Source: an uncultured delta proteobacterium (GTDB lineage: Bacteria > Desulfobacterota > Binatia > UBA9968). Taken from it: 64,000 nucleotides of DNA. Positions 17,751 to 25,918 of the stretch are shown here, piece by piece. How positions within the stretch are numbered: the stretch's first letter is position 1; each line of letters starts with the position of its first letter. The DNA lies in contig CAWFJP010000014.1 of the NCBI GenBank assembly GCA_963816145.1, positions 192,001-256,000 of the forward strand. The letters are read 5' to 3'. A model generated the notes under the pieces. The model worked only from the letters and a program-made list of their open reading frames with translations, was not told where the DNA came from and searched no databases. The position numbers and the translations under genes are program-made.

Positions 17751-18344
17751 TCACGGTGCCGACACACGCGCTTGCAGAGTTCGGAGAAATGCTGGCGCGA
17801 TATCATGTCCCGAAAACCATTTGCCTCGAGAACGACCTACGGTGGCCAGCCGGAAACAGCCGAGACAGTAGGGTCCGTCCGCTGGCCTCTTTTTGATAAG
17901 ACCTTTGACTGTGAAATAGGTGCACGACAGGCAAAGTTGAGTTCCGCACCTTTTGCAGCTGAATGCTTGTGGCATTTCTCTGTGTCTTATGCAGTAGTTC
18001 TTCGTTACGACAGCCTTGAGAAAATCCGCCTCAATCTTGTTTGACGCCTCAACACACTCGTGACAATGCCAGAGTGGTCCGGCAGCGGTAAAGGGATTCG
18101 TTTCGCGAGCGCAGCAAACCTTGCATATTGGTCGCTGACAGAGGCAGCACGTCCACTCGGCAGCGCTGTTGGTGTGGAAAGAGCACCGTTCCCCATTTTC
18201 TAGTGGCAGCGAATTAAAGGCGAGCGAAACATGTCCACACGTCACACAGTACGCAATGTCGTGCGTGAGAGGCGTCCAGCACCGCGTACAGCGATCCAAT
18301 GGGCCAACGACGTTCGGATCCCAAGAAGAGCCGTGATTATTCAT
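17751..18344 (-). CDS. Cys-rich protein: zinc ribbon plus two B-box-like zinc fingers, cassette-borne
   Basis: CTRC..CVTC; CSFH..CCLCQRPICKVC..CHEC; CIRH..CKRCGTQLCLSC..CLGC. Confidence 0.75.
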   Translation of the reverse strand: MNNHGSSWDPNVVGPLDRCTRCWTPLTHDIAYCVTCGHVSLAFNSLPLENGERCSFHTNSAAEWTCCLCQRPICKVCCARETNPFTAAGPLWHCHECVEASNKIEADFLKAVVTKNYCIRHREMPQAFSCKRCGTQLCLSCTYFTVKGLIKKRPADGPYCLGCFRLATVGRSRGKWFSGHDIAPAFLRTLQARVSAP

Positions 18345-18369
18345 GGTGTCTCAGGCGCTCTACCTTGCC

Positions 18370-18390
18370 GCCTAACCTATTAAGTGAGCC
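18370..18390 (-). other. attI-like simple site at the array head
   Basis: Minus strand GGCTCAC-TTAATAG-GTTAGGC about 25 nt before the first cassette ATG; no attC hairpin upstream. Confidence 0.5.
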
Positions 18391-18618
18391 GCCATAGCCG
18401 CCGACAATTGCTGGTCGGCTTATTCCGGCAATGGCTCGGACAACAAAAAAGTTCAAATCGACTGCAATATCGTTCAGGTAACTGAGCATGTCAACGTCAA
18501 GTTTTCCGGCAATAGCGGACCGGCGCGGCGGGTTATTCCAGCGAGTGGCGCGGCAACTGGGAATCGTTATCGGCGAACTTTGCTTGCAGGTCTGGCTTCC
18601 TTCGTGCTCGCTATCCCG

Positions 18619-19650
18619 CTACCGCCCGGATTGCAAAGCCACTCGTTTCCTCGCTTCCGCCAGGTAGCCGTTTTCTTCGAGCGCTTTCACGACGCTCATG
18701 TTGATGGATTCGTTGACGTCGACTTGGCCGGCCTTGGGATTGACCCGGGCGATGAATCTTTGGATATTCTTCCACGCCGCCGGGTCCGGCGCGATGTCGA
18801 GGCTGGTCATCGAACGCACGGAAAGATACGAGGTCTCGGCATCCTCGTCGGTGGTCAGGCGCAGGTGTTTTTTCATAACCTCGGCGACTTCCCGTTTGTT
18901 GCGCGGATCGAGAATGTAAACGATGCCGTCGATCATGCCTTTGGTGAGGCGCATGATCAGGTCGGGAGAAGCGGCCAGTCGCTCAGCCCGTCCACAGATA
19001 CCCACAGTCTGCAGCGGGATGCGCAGATCCGACGAGTTGACCAACGAGCGCATGCCGCCGCGCTTGGCCACCGCCGCGGAGGGCAAGGTCACGACCGCGG
19101 CATCTATGTTCGCACTGAGCAGTGCTTGGACGATGGTCGGTTCATCGCCGATGACGCGAATTTTCATGCCCAACTTGTCGGGGTCGAGGCCGAGACCGTC
19201 CAGGACCATCATAGTCTGGAGCCAGAATCCGCCGCCGATGCTTTGCACTCCGATAGTCTTGCCGCGCAGCGCCGCCACCGAGTCAATATCCTTGCGCACC
19301 ACCAGTTCGCGCGAAATCCCCTTGATCGGGAACGCGACGCAACCGATCTTCACCCCGGCCGACACGCCGCTCAGTACATTGCCGACCGACGGTAGAAAAA
19401 TCGGCACCTCGCCCGACACCAGCGCCGCCAAACTGATCTGCGCGTTACGCACCTGCAGCAAGCGCGCGTCGATCCCGTGCTTTTGATAGAGCCCTTTGTC
19501 GATCGCCACCCAATAGGGGCCGATGGTTTCGTTATGGCCGCCGTAGGCCATCAGCACAACGTCATCGGCGTGGGCTCGCCCTAGGAGCGAGAAAAACAGA
19601 ACGATGGAAATGCATCGACAAAGTCTCCAGGGTAGAAGCGCCAAATACAT
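18619..19650 (-). CDS. ABC transporter substrate-binding protein, NMT1/SsuA type
   Basis: Signal peptide, YWVAIDKGLYQKHGID, LRGKTIGVQSIGG, VVKALEENGY. Confidence 0.82.
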   Translation of the reverse strand: MYLALLPWRLCRCISIVLFFSLLGRAHADDVVLMAYGGHNETIGPYWVAIDKGLYQKHGIDARLLQVRNAQISLAALVSGEVPIFLPSVGNVLSGVSAGVKIGCVAFPIKGISRELVVRKDIDSVAALRGKTIGVQSIGGGFWLQTMMVLDGLGLDPDKLGMKIRVIGDEPTIVQALLSANIDAAVVTLPSAAVAKRGGMRSLVNSSDLRIPLQTVGICGRAERLAASPDLIMRLTKGMIDGIVYILDPRNKREVAEVMKKHLRLTTDEDAETSYLSVRSMTSLDIAPDPAAWKNIQRFIARVNPKAGQVDVNESINMSVVKALEENGYLAEARKRVALQSGR

Positions 19651-19734
19651 GCAATACCTCCGGCGAGCAGCGGAGATGCTAGGCCAGCGGCAATCCGGCT
19701 GTCAATCGCTTTGTTGTGTCACGCTGACGATTAC

Positions 19735-19868
19735 CACTGGGGTCAACCCGCAAAGGGTCGGGCCAACAGTTTAACCTGCCATCGTTGCCGGGTTCGCTTT
19801 GTACCGTTGATGGCCAGACTATGCTCGGGGTCGTGGTCTCATGACAAATAAACGAAGGGTACACCCAG
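19735..19868 (+). ncRNA. Candidate structured non-coding element (copy A)
   Basis: Closing stem CTGGG/CCCAG, hairpin ACCC-GCAAA-GGGT, long stem with GCCATC/GATGGC, hairpin GTCGTG/CATGAC; similar to the reverse complement of 22116-22257. Confidence 0.3.
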
Positions 19869-20063
19869 GGTCTGAGAATTTTCACGGTTCCGCATGCATC
19901 GTCCGACCGGAGCGTCCATTCTCCATTTTCGACCGGCCACTGCGCCGCGCCATCTGACAGATATTCTGGTGGGCTTGAATTCGCAGCCCGACTTGAAAAT
20001 AGCGCCGCACCTTGGTGCTTGAGGCAAAATCGTGTAGCTTTTTGCCCTGATAGGGGAGTCCGA

Positions 20064-21959
20064 ATGAACGCCGCACATTCATTTCTGCCGCTTCTAGTAG
20101 TTTTGCTGATCGCTGTGACCGTGCCGATCTTACTTGCGCGGGTCATACGCGTCGCGATCCCGATCGTGGTCGGTGAAATTCTCGCCGGCATGGTAGTGGG
20201 CCGCAGTGGCTTGGCCTGGGTGGCTGCCGGCGACCCGCTGATCAGTATCCTTGCCGATTTTGGCATCGTGTTTTTGATGTTTCTCTCCGGCATGGAGATC
20301 GATTTCAGCAGCCTGCGCATCAACCCGCCTTCCACACAGCGGTCCGACGGCGGACGAGTCGGCGTGCTGCCGCTGGCATTGTTGCATTTTGCCCTTACGC
20401 TGCTGTTGGCTAGCGCCGCGGCCTACGCATTGTTTCATTTCGGGCTGGTGAAAAACATTTGGATCGGAGCGCTCATCTTATCGACGACATCCCTAGGCGT
20501 TGTCGTTCCGGTACTCAAAGAGCGCAATCTCATCACTCAACGGTTAGGCCAATGCATCCTCGTGACGGCGGTCATCGCCGATTTTGCAACCATGCTGCTG
20601 ATCACCGTCGCAGTGGCGATCGTGTCGCAGGGTTTGACCGCCGAAATTTTGCTGATCAGTCTGCTCTTCGTGGTGTTTTTCCTGATGTACCGCTTCGGCA
20701 CGATCCTCAATCGCGTGGTGGCGCTGCGCCGCACCATCGAGGAGCTAAGCCACGCCACGGCGCAGATCAAGGTGCGGGCGGCGTTTGCGGTGATGATTGC
20801 GTTCGTCGGTCTGTCCGAAACGCTGGGCTCGGAAATTATTCTCGGCGCCTTTCTCGCCGGCGCCATCATCGGCTTGCTGCGCACTGCCGATGACGCCGAG
20901 CTGTCGCGGCAACTCGAAGCGATCGGATTCGGTTTTTTCATTCCGATTTTTTTTATTAAAGTCGGGGTTGATTTCAATTTGCCGGTGCTGCTGGCGTCGT
21001 CAGGGGCGCTGTTGCTGGTGCCCTTTCTGCTGGCGGCTGCCATCCTCGTGAAAGTGATTCCGGCCTTAAGCTTCACGGCGAATTTTCCGTTGCGCCAGGC
21101 CCTGGCTGCGGGGATCCTGTTGTCGGCGCGCTTGTCGCTGATTATCGCCGCAGCAGCCATCGGCAAGCGTCTCGGCGTGATCGGCGAAGCGGTCAATGGG
21201 GCGATCATTTTGGTTGCCGTCGTCACCGTTACCGTCGCGCCAATGATCTTTGTGCGTCTGGTTCCGGGCCGCCGGCACAGTAAGCTCGACCGCATCGTTG
21301 TCGTCGGCGCTGAAGATCTGGGAATGCAAGTGGCGAAACGGCTCAAAGCCCATCTGGAGCCAGTGACGATTGTCGATACGGCTCCCGTGCTGATCGCGCG
21401 CGCGAAGCGCAACGGCTTTGACTCTGTCTGCTGTGATCTCGATCAGGACGAGGGAAAATTCAAGGAAGTCTGCGATACGGCACGCGCTCTCGTGTGCACC
21501 TACGACGACGCGGAATCGGCCTATAGGATATGCTCGCTGGCCAAAGGAGTTTATAAAGTTCCTCATGTGGTGGCGCAGGTGGCGGATCCGACCGCGCGTG
21601 CCCGCTTCGACGCGCTCGGTGTGACCTCTATGAATGCCGCGCTGGATCGTCCCGCCCTGCTCGCACTGTTGACCCGAACGCCGGCGCTTTTTGCGCTGCT
21701 TTCGCGCACCGATGACGATAAGGAAGTCTTCGAGGTCGTAGTCGCAAATGACCGGGACCTGGATCGGCCGCTGCGCGAACTCGATCTCCCCGGAGGGTTG
21801 CTTGCCTTGGCGGTGCGCCGGGACGGCGAGCTGTTGCTGCCCAATGGCAACACCCGGCTATGCCGTAACGACCGCCTCACGATAGCGGGCTCCGTCGCCG
21901 ATATCGAACTGGCAAAGCAAAGATTCGGGGAAGTCGCGGCGCCGCGTTCGGAAAGCTAG
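20064..21959 (+). CDS. CPA2 monovalent cation (K+/Na+):H+ antiporter with TrkA-N and TrkA-C domains
   Basis: VGEILAG, FLMFLSGMEID, STTSLGVV, GAFLAG, GFFIPIFF, followed by VVVGAEDLG and AVRRDGELLLPNGNT. Confidence 0.9.
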   Translation: MNAAHSFLPLLVVLLIAVTVPILLARVIRVAIPIVVGEILAGMVVGRSGLAWVAAGDPLISILADFGIVFLMFLSGMEIDFSSLRINPPSTQRSDGGRVGVLPLALLHFALTLLLASAAAYALFHFGLVKNIWIGALILSTTSLGVVVPVLKERNLITQRLGQCILVTAVIADFATMLLITVAVAIVSQGLTAEILLISLLFVVFFLMYRFGTILNRVVALRRTIEELSHATAQIKVRAAFAVMIAFVGLSETLGSEIILGAFLAGAIIGLLRTADDAELSRQLEAIGFGFFIPIFFIKVGVDFNLPVLLASSGALLLVPFLLAAAILVKVIPALSFTANFPLRQALAAGILLSARLSLIIAAAAIGKRLGVIGEAVNGAIILVAVVTVTVAPMIFVRLVPGRRHSKLDRIVVVGAEDLGMQVAKRLKAHLEPVTIVDTAPVLIARAKRNGFDSVCCDLDQDEGKFKEVCDTARALVCTYDDAESAYRICSLAKGVYKVPHVVAQVADPTARARFDALGVTSMNAALDRPALLALLTRTPALFALLSRTDDDKEVFEVVVANDRDLDRPLRELDLPGGLLALAVRRDGELLLPNGNTRLCRNDRLTIAGSVADIELAKQRFGEVAAPRSES

Positions 21960-22115
21960 CATGGGCGAGCGCGCCGCTCCCCAACCGACGATCTGCTCGC
22001 CTGAGAGACACAGCCAAAACTAAAGGCGGCAATGTTCACGCCGAGTGACCGCGCCGCCGGGGGAAAATCATACTCGATCTCGATCAGGCGGAGCGCTGCT
22101 ATGATTGCTCAATCA

Positions 22116-22257
22116 ACCGGGGATTTCGCGATCGGGGTATCAACCCCGCTCGCGACCAAAGGGGATGTTCAACTCTCTTTGCAAACCCCAGCAATTTTGT
22201 GCCCGCAGCAAGTTGCAGGGAATATTAGGTTGAACCGACCTGGGGCTGACCCCGGTG
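22116..22257 (-). ncRNA. Candidate structured non-coding element (copy B)
   Basis: Terminal ACCGGGG/CCCCGGT, internal GTTCAAC/GTTGAAC stem, hairpin TCGCGA-TCGGGGT..ACCCCG-C-TCGCGA. Confidence 0.35.
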
Positions 22258-22314
22258 CTCTTGCCCGCTGCCGTGCTTCGGGCGTAGAAATAGCCATCGA
22301 CTTGCGAGGTTGCT

Positions 22315-23458
22315 ATGAAATTTTCCTTATTCATGATGCCGCTGCACCATCCGACGGAGAGTCCGTCGCTGGCGTTCGACCGCGACATTTCGCTGATCCA
22401 TCTCGCCGACGAACTCGGTTACGACGAGTGTTTCATCGGCGAGCACCACTCCGGCGGCTGGGAGACCATGCCGGCACCGGAGATGGCGTTGGCGAAGGCT
22501 TCGGCTTTGGCGCACCGGATTCGTCTCGGCACGTCGGTGATCAGTGTGCCGTTTCATCATCCTTACTATGTCGCCGAGCGCATGGCGTTTCTCGACCACT
22601 TGACGCGCGGGCGGGCGATCCTCGGTGTCGGGCCCTGTGCTTTGGTGACGGACAAAGTGCTTTTCGGTCTGCCCACTGAAAAACTCTATCCGATGATGGC
22701 GGAGTCGGTGGATATTATTGTCCGCCTGCTGGAATCGACCGAGCCGATCGACTACGACGGCCAGTTTTGGAAGTTCAAACAAATGCGTTTGCAGCTGCGC
22801 TCGTACCAGCAGCCGCGCCTGCCGATGGCGATCGCTTCATCGGGTAATCCCATTAGCCTCGAACTCGCCGGCAAATACGGCATGCTGTTCTTATCGCCGG
22901 CCGGGAAGAATGTCAGAAACAACCAGACCAAAGCCGAGCAGTGGAACAAGGTCGAAGCGATCGCCGCCCAGCACGGCACGGCGACGAGCCGCGACAACTG
23001 GCGCATTGCCACTTGCGTTTATCTCGCCGACAGCAAAGAAGAGGCGTGGCGGGACGTCGAGGCGAGCATCGGTCGCGACATGGAATATTTCGCTGCCATC
23101 GGTTTGAAAGCGCCCTACGAATCCTACCCTGGGCAACCGTTCAGCGAAATCACTCCCCGTTCTGGCGCCGACCGGCGCGACTGGATCATCGGCACGCCGG
23201 ACGATGCCATCCAAGCAGATCGAACGGATGCAGCTGGAGACCGGCGGCTTTGGCGGCTTGTTATTCTCGACCCATGAATGGACCGGCACCGAGAAGATCC
23301 GCCGCTCTTATGAATTATTCGCGCGCTACGTCATGCCGCACTTCCGCGGCCACACCGCCGGCTATCACGACGAATGGCGGCGCATTCAACACGCCAATGC
23401 TAACGGCGGATTCAAATTGGAAGACTTCGGTGCGCGCAGCAATCTGGCGGCGAAATGA
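22315..23458 (+). CDS. LLM-class flavin-dependent oxidoreductase, apparent +1 frameshift near 23212
   Basis: ADELGYDECFIGEHH, RIRLGTSV, LDHLTRGRAILGVG; the C-terminus (KQIERMQLETGGFGG...SYELFARYVMP) is in another frame after an extra C. Confidence 0.85.
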
Positions 23459-23488
23459 AATGGAATTCTGTGTTTGCGGGCACGATGA

Positions 23489-23575
23489 TCACACCCCGAA
23501 GGTCACGAAGGACACGAAGGGTTCGGATATCTAAAACTCCGAACTTCGTGCTCTTCGTGTCCTTCGTGGTGAGAA
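23489..23575. repeat. 9-nt-period palindromic repeat (CACGAAGGN)n...(NCTTCGTG)n
   Basis: caccccgaaggtcacgaaggacacgaagg...cttcgtgctcttcgtgtccttcgtggtga; near-identical copy at 42538-42622. Confidence 0.8.
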
Positions 23576-23615
23576 AAAACAAGCTCGTTGGATATGCTAC
23601 TGATTAAGGATCGAT

Positions 23616-24329
23616 ATGACCATTGCGACAGGCGTTCATGATTGGGAACAAGCGATCGGCGCGCGTGTGCACGCCACGATGGCGTCGTCGGAAATGGAAC
23701 GTTACTTCGCGGTCAAGATGACGCCGGCACGTGCGCGGGTGGCGCTATTGCAGCTAAGTCTGTTCGTCAGTTGCCGGCGCGATGGCTGGGCCAATTTGAT
23801 CGCCAACTGCGACGCGCCGGCGATGCGCCAGCGCTTGATGACGCACGAGTATGACGAACTAGTCGAAGACGAGTATAGCTCGAAAGGGCACTACGATTTG
23901 CTGATTCGCCAAGGGGCGTTGATCGGTCTCACGGCGGACGACTTCGCTCGGGTCGAGCCGCTGCGCACGAGCATGGCGACGTTTTACGGTTGGAAGTGGA
24001 TCACGCGCGCGGCACCTTGGCAGGATGGTCTGATCGCCATGATGGCCACCGAGTGGGTAAACGACGATCGTCGCCTGCTCGATCAAGGCGGCGGTCTTTC
24101 GCGCCGCGACGGACTGCGGTGGATCCGAGACTTCGGCTTCAAATGGGAGGAGATGCCCAACTTCGCCGCCCATGCTGTAGCCGACGAAAAGCATAGTGAT
24201 TTATTCGTGCCGTTGCTCGACAAATTCATCACGAATCCCGAGAGTGCGCTCAAGGCGGCGGACGATGCGCTGGAGCTATTCAAGTTGTATCACTTGGGCG
24301 TGGCGGAGGAGATGGAGCGATTGGATTAA
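23616..24329 (+). CDS. Heme-oxygenase-like diiron oxidase (CADD/TenA/PqqC family)
   Basis: HEYDE..GHYDL, ATEW, FAAHAVADEKH metal-ligand pattern. Confidence 0.7.
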   Translation: MTIATGVHDWEQAIGARVHATMASSEMERYFAVKMTPARARVALLQLSLFVSCRRDGWANLIANCDAPAMRQRLMTHEYDELVEDEYSSKGHYDLLIRQGALIGLTADDFARVEPLRTSMATFYGWKWITRAAPWQDGLIAMMATEWVNDDRRLLDQGGGLSRRDGLRWIRDFGFKWEEMPNFAAHAVADEKHSDLFVPLLDKFITNPESALKAADDALELFKLYHLGVAEEMERLD

Positions 24330-24334
24330 AAGAT

Positions 24335-24558
24335 TTAACCACAAAGGGCACAAAGTTCACAAATTTAGAATGTTTCGGAATCGGACATTGGCCGCAAAGG
24401 CCGCAAAAAACGCATAGAATATGCGCAGCAATCTGCGCCGTTGGAATAGGACATTAACCGCAAAAAGCGCAAAGGGCGCAAAAGAGAATTCTGACGCGCG
24501 AGTCGACGCGTCCGTCTTCCGTTGAACGTTTGAACCCTTGAACCTTGAATTTTTGAAC
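24335..24558. repeat. Cluster of short-period repeats (CGCAAAGGC-type 9-mers; TTGAAC units)
   Basis: aaccacaaagggcacaaag, ggccgcaaaggccgcaaaa, aaccgcaaaaagcgcaaagggcgcaaaa, ttgaacgtttgaacccttgaaccttgaatttttgaac. Confidence 0.6.
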
Positions 24559-25773
24559 TCTCGTCTCCACCGCTCGTTTCCCCGCGTCCCCCTCGCCGTG
24601 CCGTTCTGGAGCGGCGAGACCTATCGCAATATTCTGCGCTGTATCGTTACCGGCGAAATTATCGTCGGTCCCGACCTTGTAGAGTTAAAGAGTCAACTTC
24701 TCGCACACTTCGGCGTTCCCGATCTAGTTCTTTGTGGGTCGGGCAGCTTGGCGCTTGAGCTCGCCCTGCGTGTGTGCGACTTGCGCGCCGGCGATGAAGT
24801 GATCATTCCTACACTGTGTTGTAGTGCCGTGGTGGCACCGATCTTAGCGCTGGGCGCGACACCGGTGTTGGCCGATGCCGGCAGCGAACTCAATGTTACT
24901 GTTGAAACCGTCGACGCTGTGCGCACGCGCAAGACCCGGGCGGTTATCGTACCCCATTTGTTCGGCAATCCAGCGGACATTGGACTAATCGCAGAGCTCG
25001 GTAACGCGAATAACATAGTTGTCATCGACGATGCCGCACAGGCTCTTGGGGCGACGATCGACGATCAACCGGTGGGGAGCTGCGGCGACATGGGCGTCAT
25101 CAGCTTCGGCGCCGAGAAAATCTGTTTTGGCCTTGGTGGCGGAGTCTTGGTTGCCCACAGCGGCGGCGTGCTCGACGCGGCTCGACAATTTGTTCTTGGC
25201 TACCCGAGCGTCGGTCACACGCTCGCGAGAATGACTTCGACGCTAATTCGACGCCGCTGGCGCCGTTGGACTTTGCCGTTTCAACGCTTGCACGCTTTCG
25301 GACATGAAAGAAGCCCCGAAGCGCTGCCTGAGCAGTATCGACAGGAAAGTATGGCGAACCTAAACGCCGCGGTGACGCGCAGTCTCGTCGCTTCGTTGCC
25401 GAAGAATCTCCAAGCGCGCCGCGCCCGGGTTCAGGCTTACCGGGAACTACTGGGAAACCACGCGGGTGTCGAGTTAATTGGCCATCGGCCGGGATCGGCT
25501 TGTCTGACCCAGGTCCTGCGCGTATTGTCGAAGCGCAGCGGTGACGATGCGGCAGCACGGATCATTGGCGCCCTCGGCCAAGCCGGCTACGAGGTGCAAG
25601 GAAGCTACCTGCCGATTCACTTGCTAGCGCAATTTCCCCAGTGTGTTTGGGATACCTTGCCTTATGCCGAACGGGTATGGGCCGATCTGGTCGAGTTGCC
25701 TTGCGAGCCCAGCGTGAGCATGGCCGATGTGGAAAGCATCGCCGCCCTCGTCAAGCGAGTCTTGACGGCTTAG
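24538..25773 (+). CDS. DegT/DnrJ/EryC1/StrS PLP aminotransferase
   Basis: SGSLALELAL, GDEVIIP, HLFGNPAD, IDDAAQALG, SFGAEK (PLP Lys); start uncertain. Confidence 0.85.
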   Translation: MNLEFLNSRLHRSFPRVPLAVPFWSGETYRNILRCIVTGEIIVGPDLVELKSQLLAHFGVPDLVLCGSGSLALELALRVCDLRAGDEVIIPTLCCSAVVAPILALGATPVLADAGSELNVTVETVDAVRTRKTRAVIVPHLFGNPADIGLIAELGNANNIVVIDDAAQALGATIDDQPVGSCGDMGVISFGAEKICFGLGGGVLVAHSGGVLDAARQFVLGYPSVGHTLARMTSTLIRRRWRRWTLPFQRLHAFGHERSPEALPEQYRQESMANLNAAVTRSLVASLPKNLQARRARVQAYRELLGNHAGVELIGHRPGSACLTQVLRVLSKRSGDDAAARIIGALGQAGYEVQGSYLPIHLLAQFPQCVWDTLPYAERVWADLVELPCEPSVSMADVESIAALVKRVLTA

Positions 25774-25918
25774 ATTCTCCGCCCGATGCAATTTAGGGTT
25801 GAGCAATGAAGGTCGTATACCGACGCCGCTCGACCGAAAAGGCGCACTTGTGATATTGGTCGCAGCCGTGAGTAATTTTCTACGAGCAGAGTTGCGCAGC
25901 GTTTTTGCTTGCTGCGTC

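Larger units (their letters stand above)
14888..18390 (-). mobile_element. Integron gene-cassette array without integrase (CALIN), 4 cassettes
   Basis: Co-oriented minus-strand genes separated by attC sites (15807-15866, 16492-16572, 17668-17747). Core and inverse-core sites are complementary for two cassettes. No intI in the window. Confidence 0.82.

Noticed and set aside
18391-18618. Possible integron integrase remnant next to the array head
   Set aside because: No ORF fragment with tyrosine-recombinase motifs was seen in this ~230-bp gap.
19700-20060. c-di-AMP (ydaO) riboswitch upstream of the antiporter
   Set aside because: The conserved ydaO sequence blocks are not recognisable; the region is kept only as an unassigned structured candidate.
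19739-22253. GGGGTCA ends as Tn3-family 38-bp inverted repeats
   Set aside because: The similarity requires gaps, and there is no clear 5-bp target duplication or transposase.
23489-23575. Repeats as a possible CRISPR array
   Set aside because: Units are 9 nt, tandem and mirrored, with no unique spacers and no cas genes.
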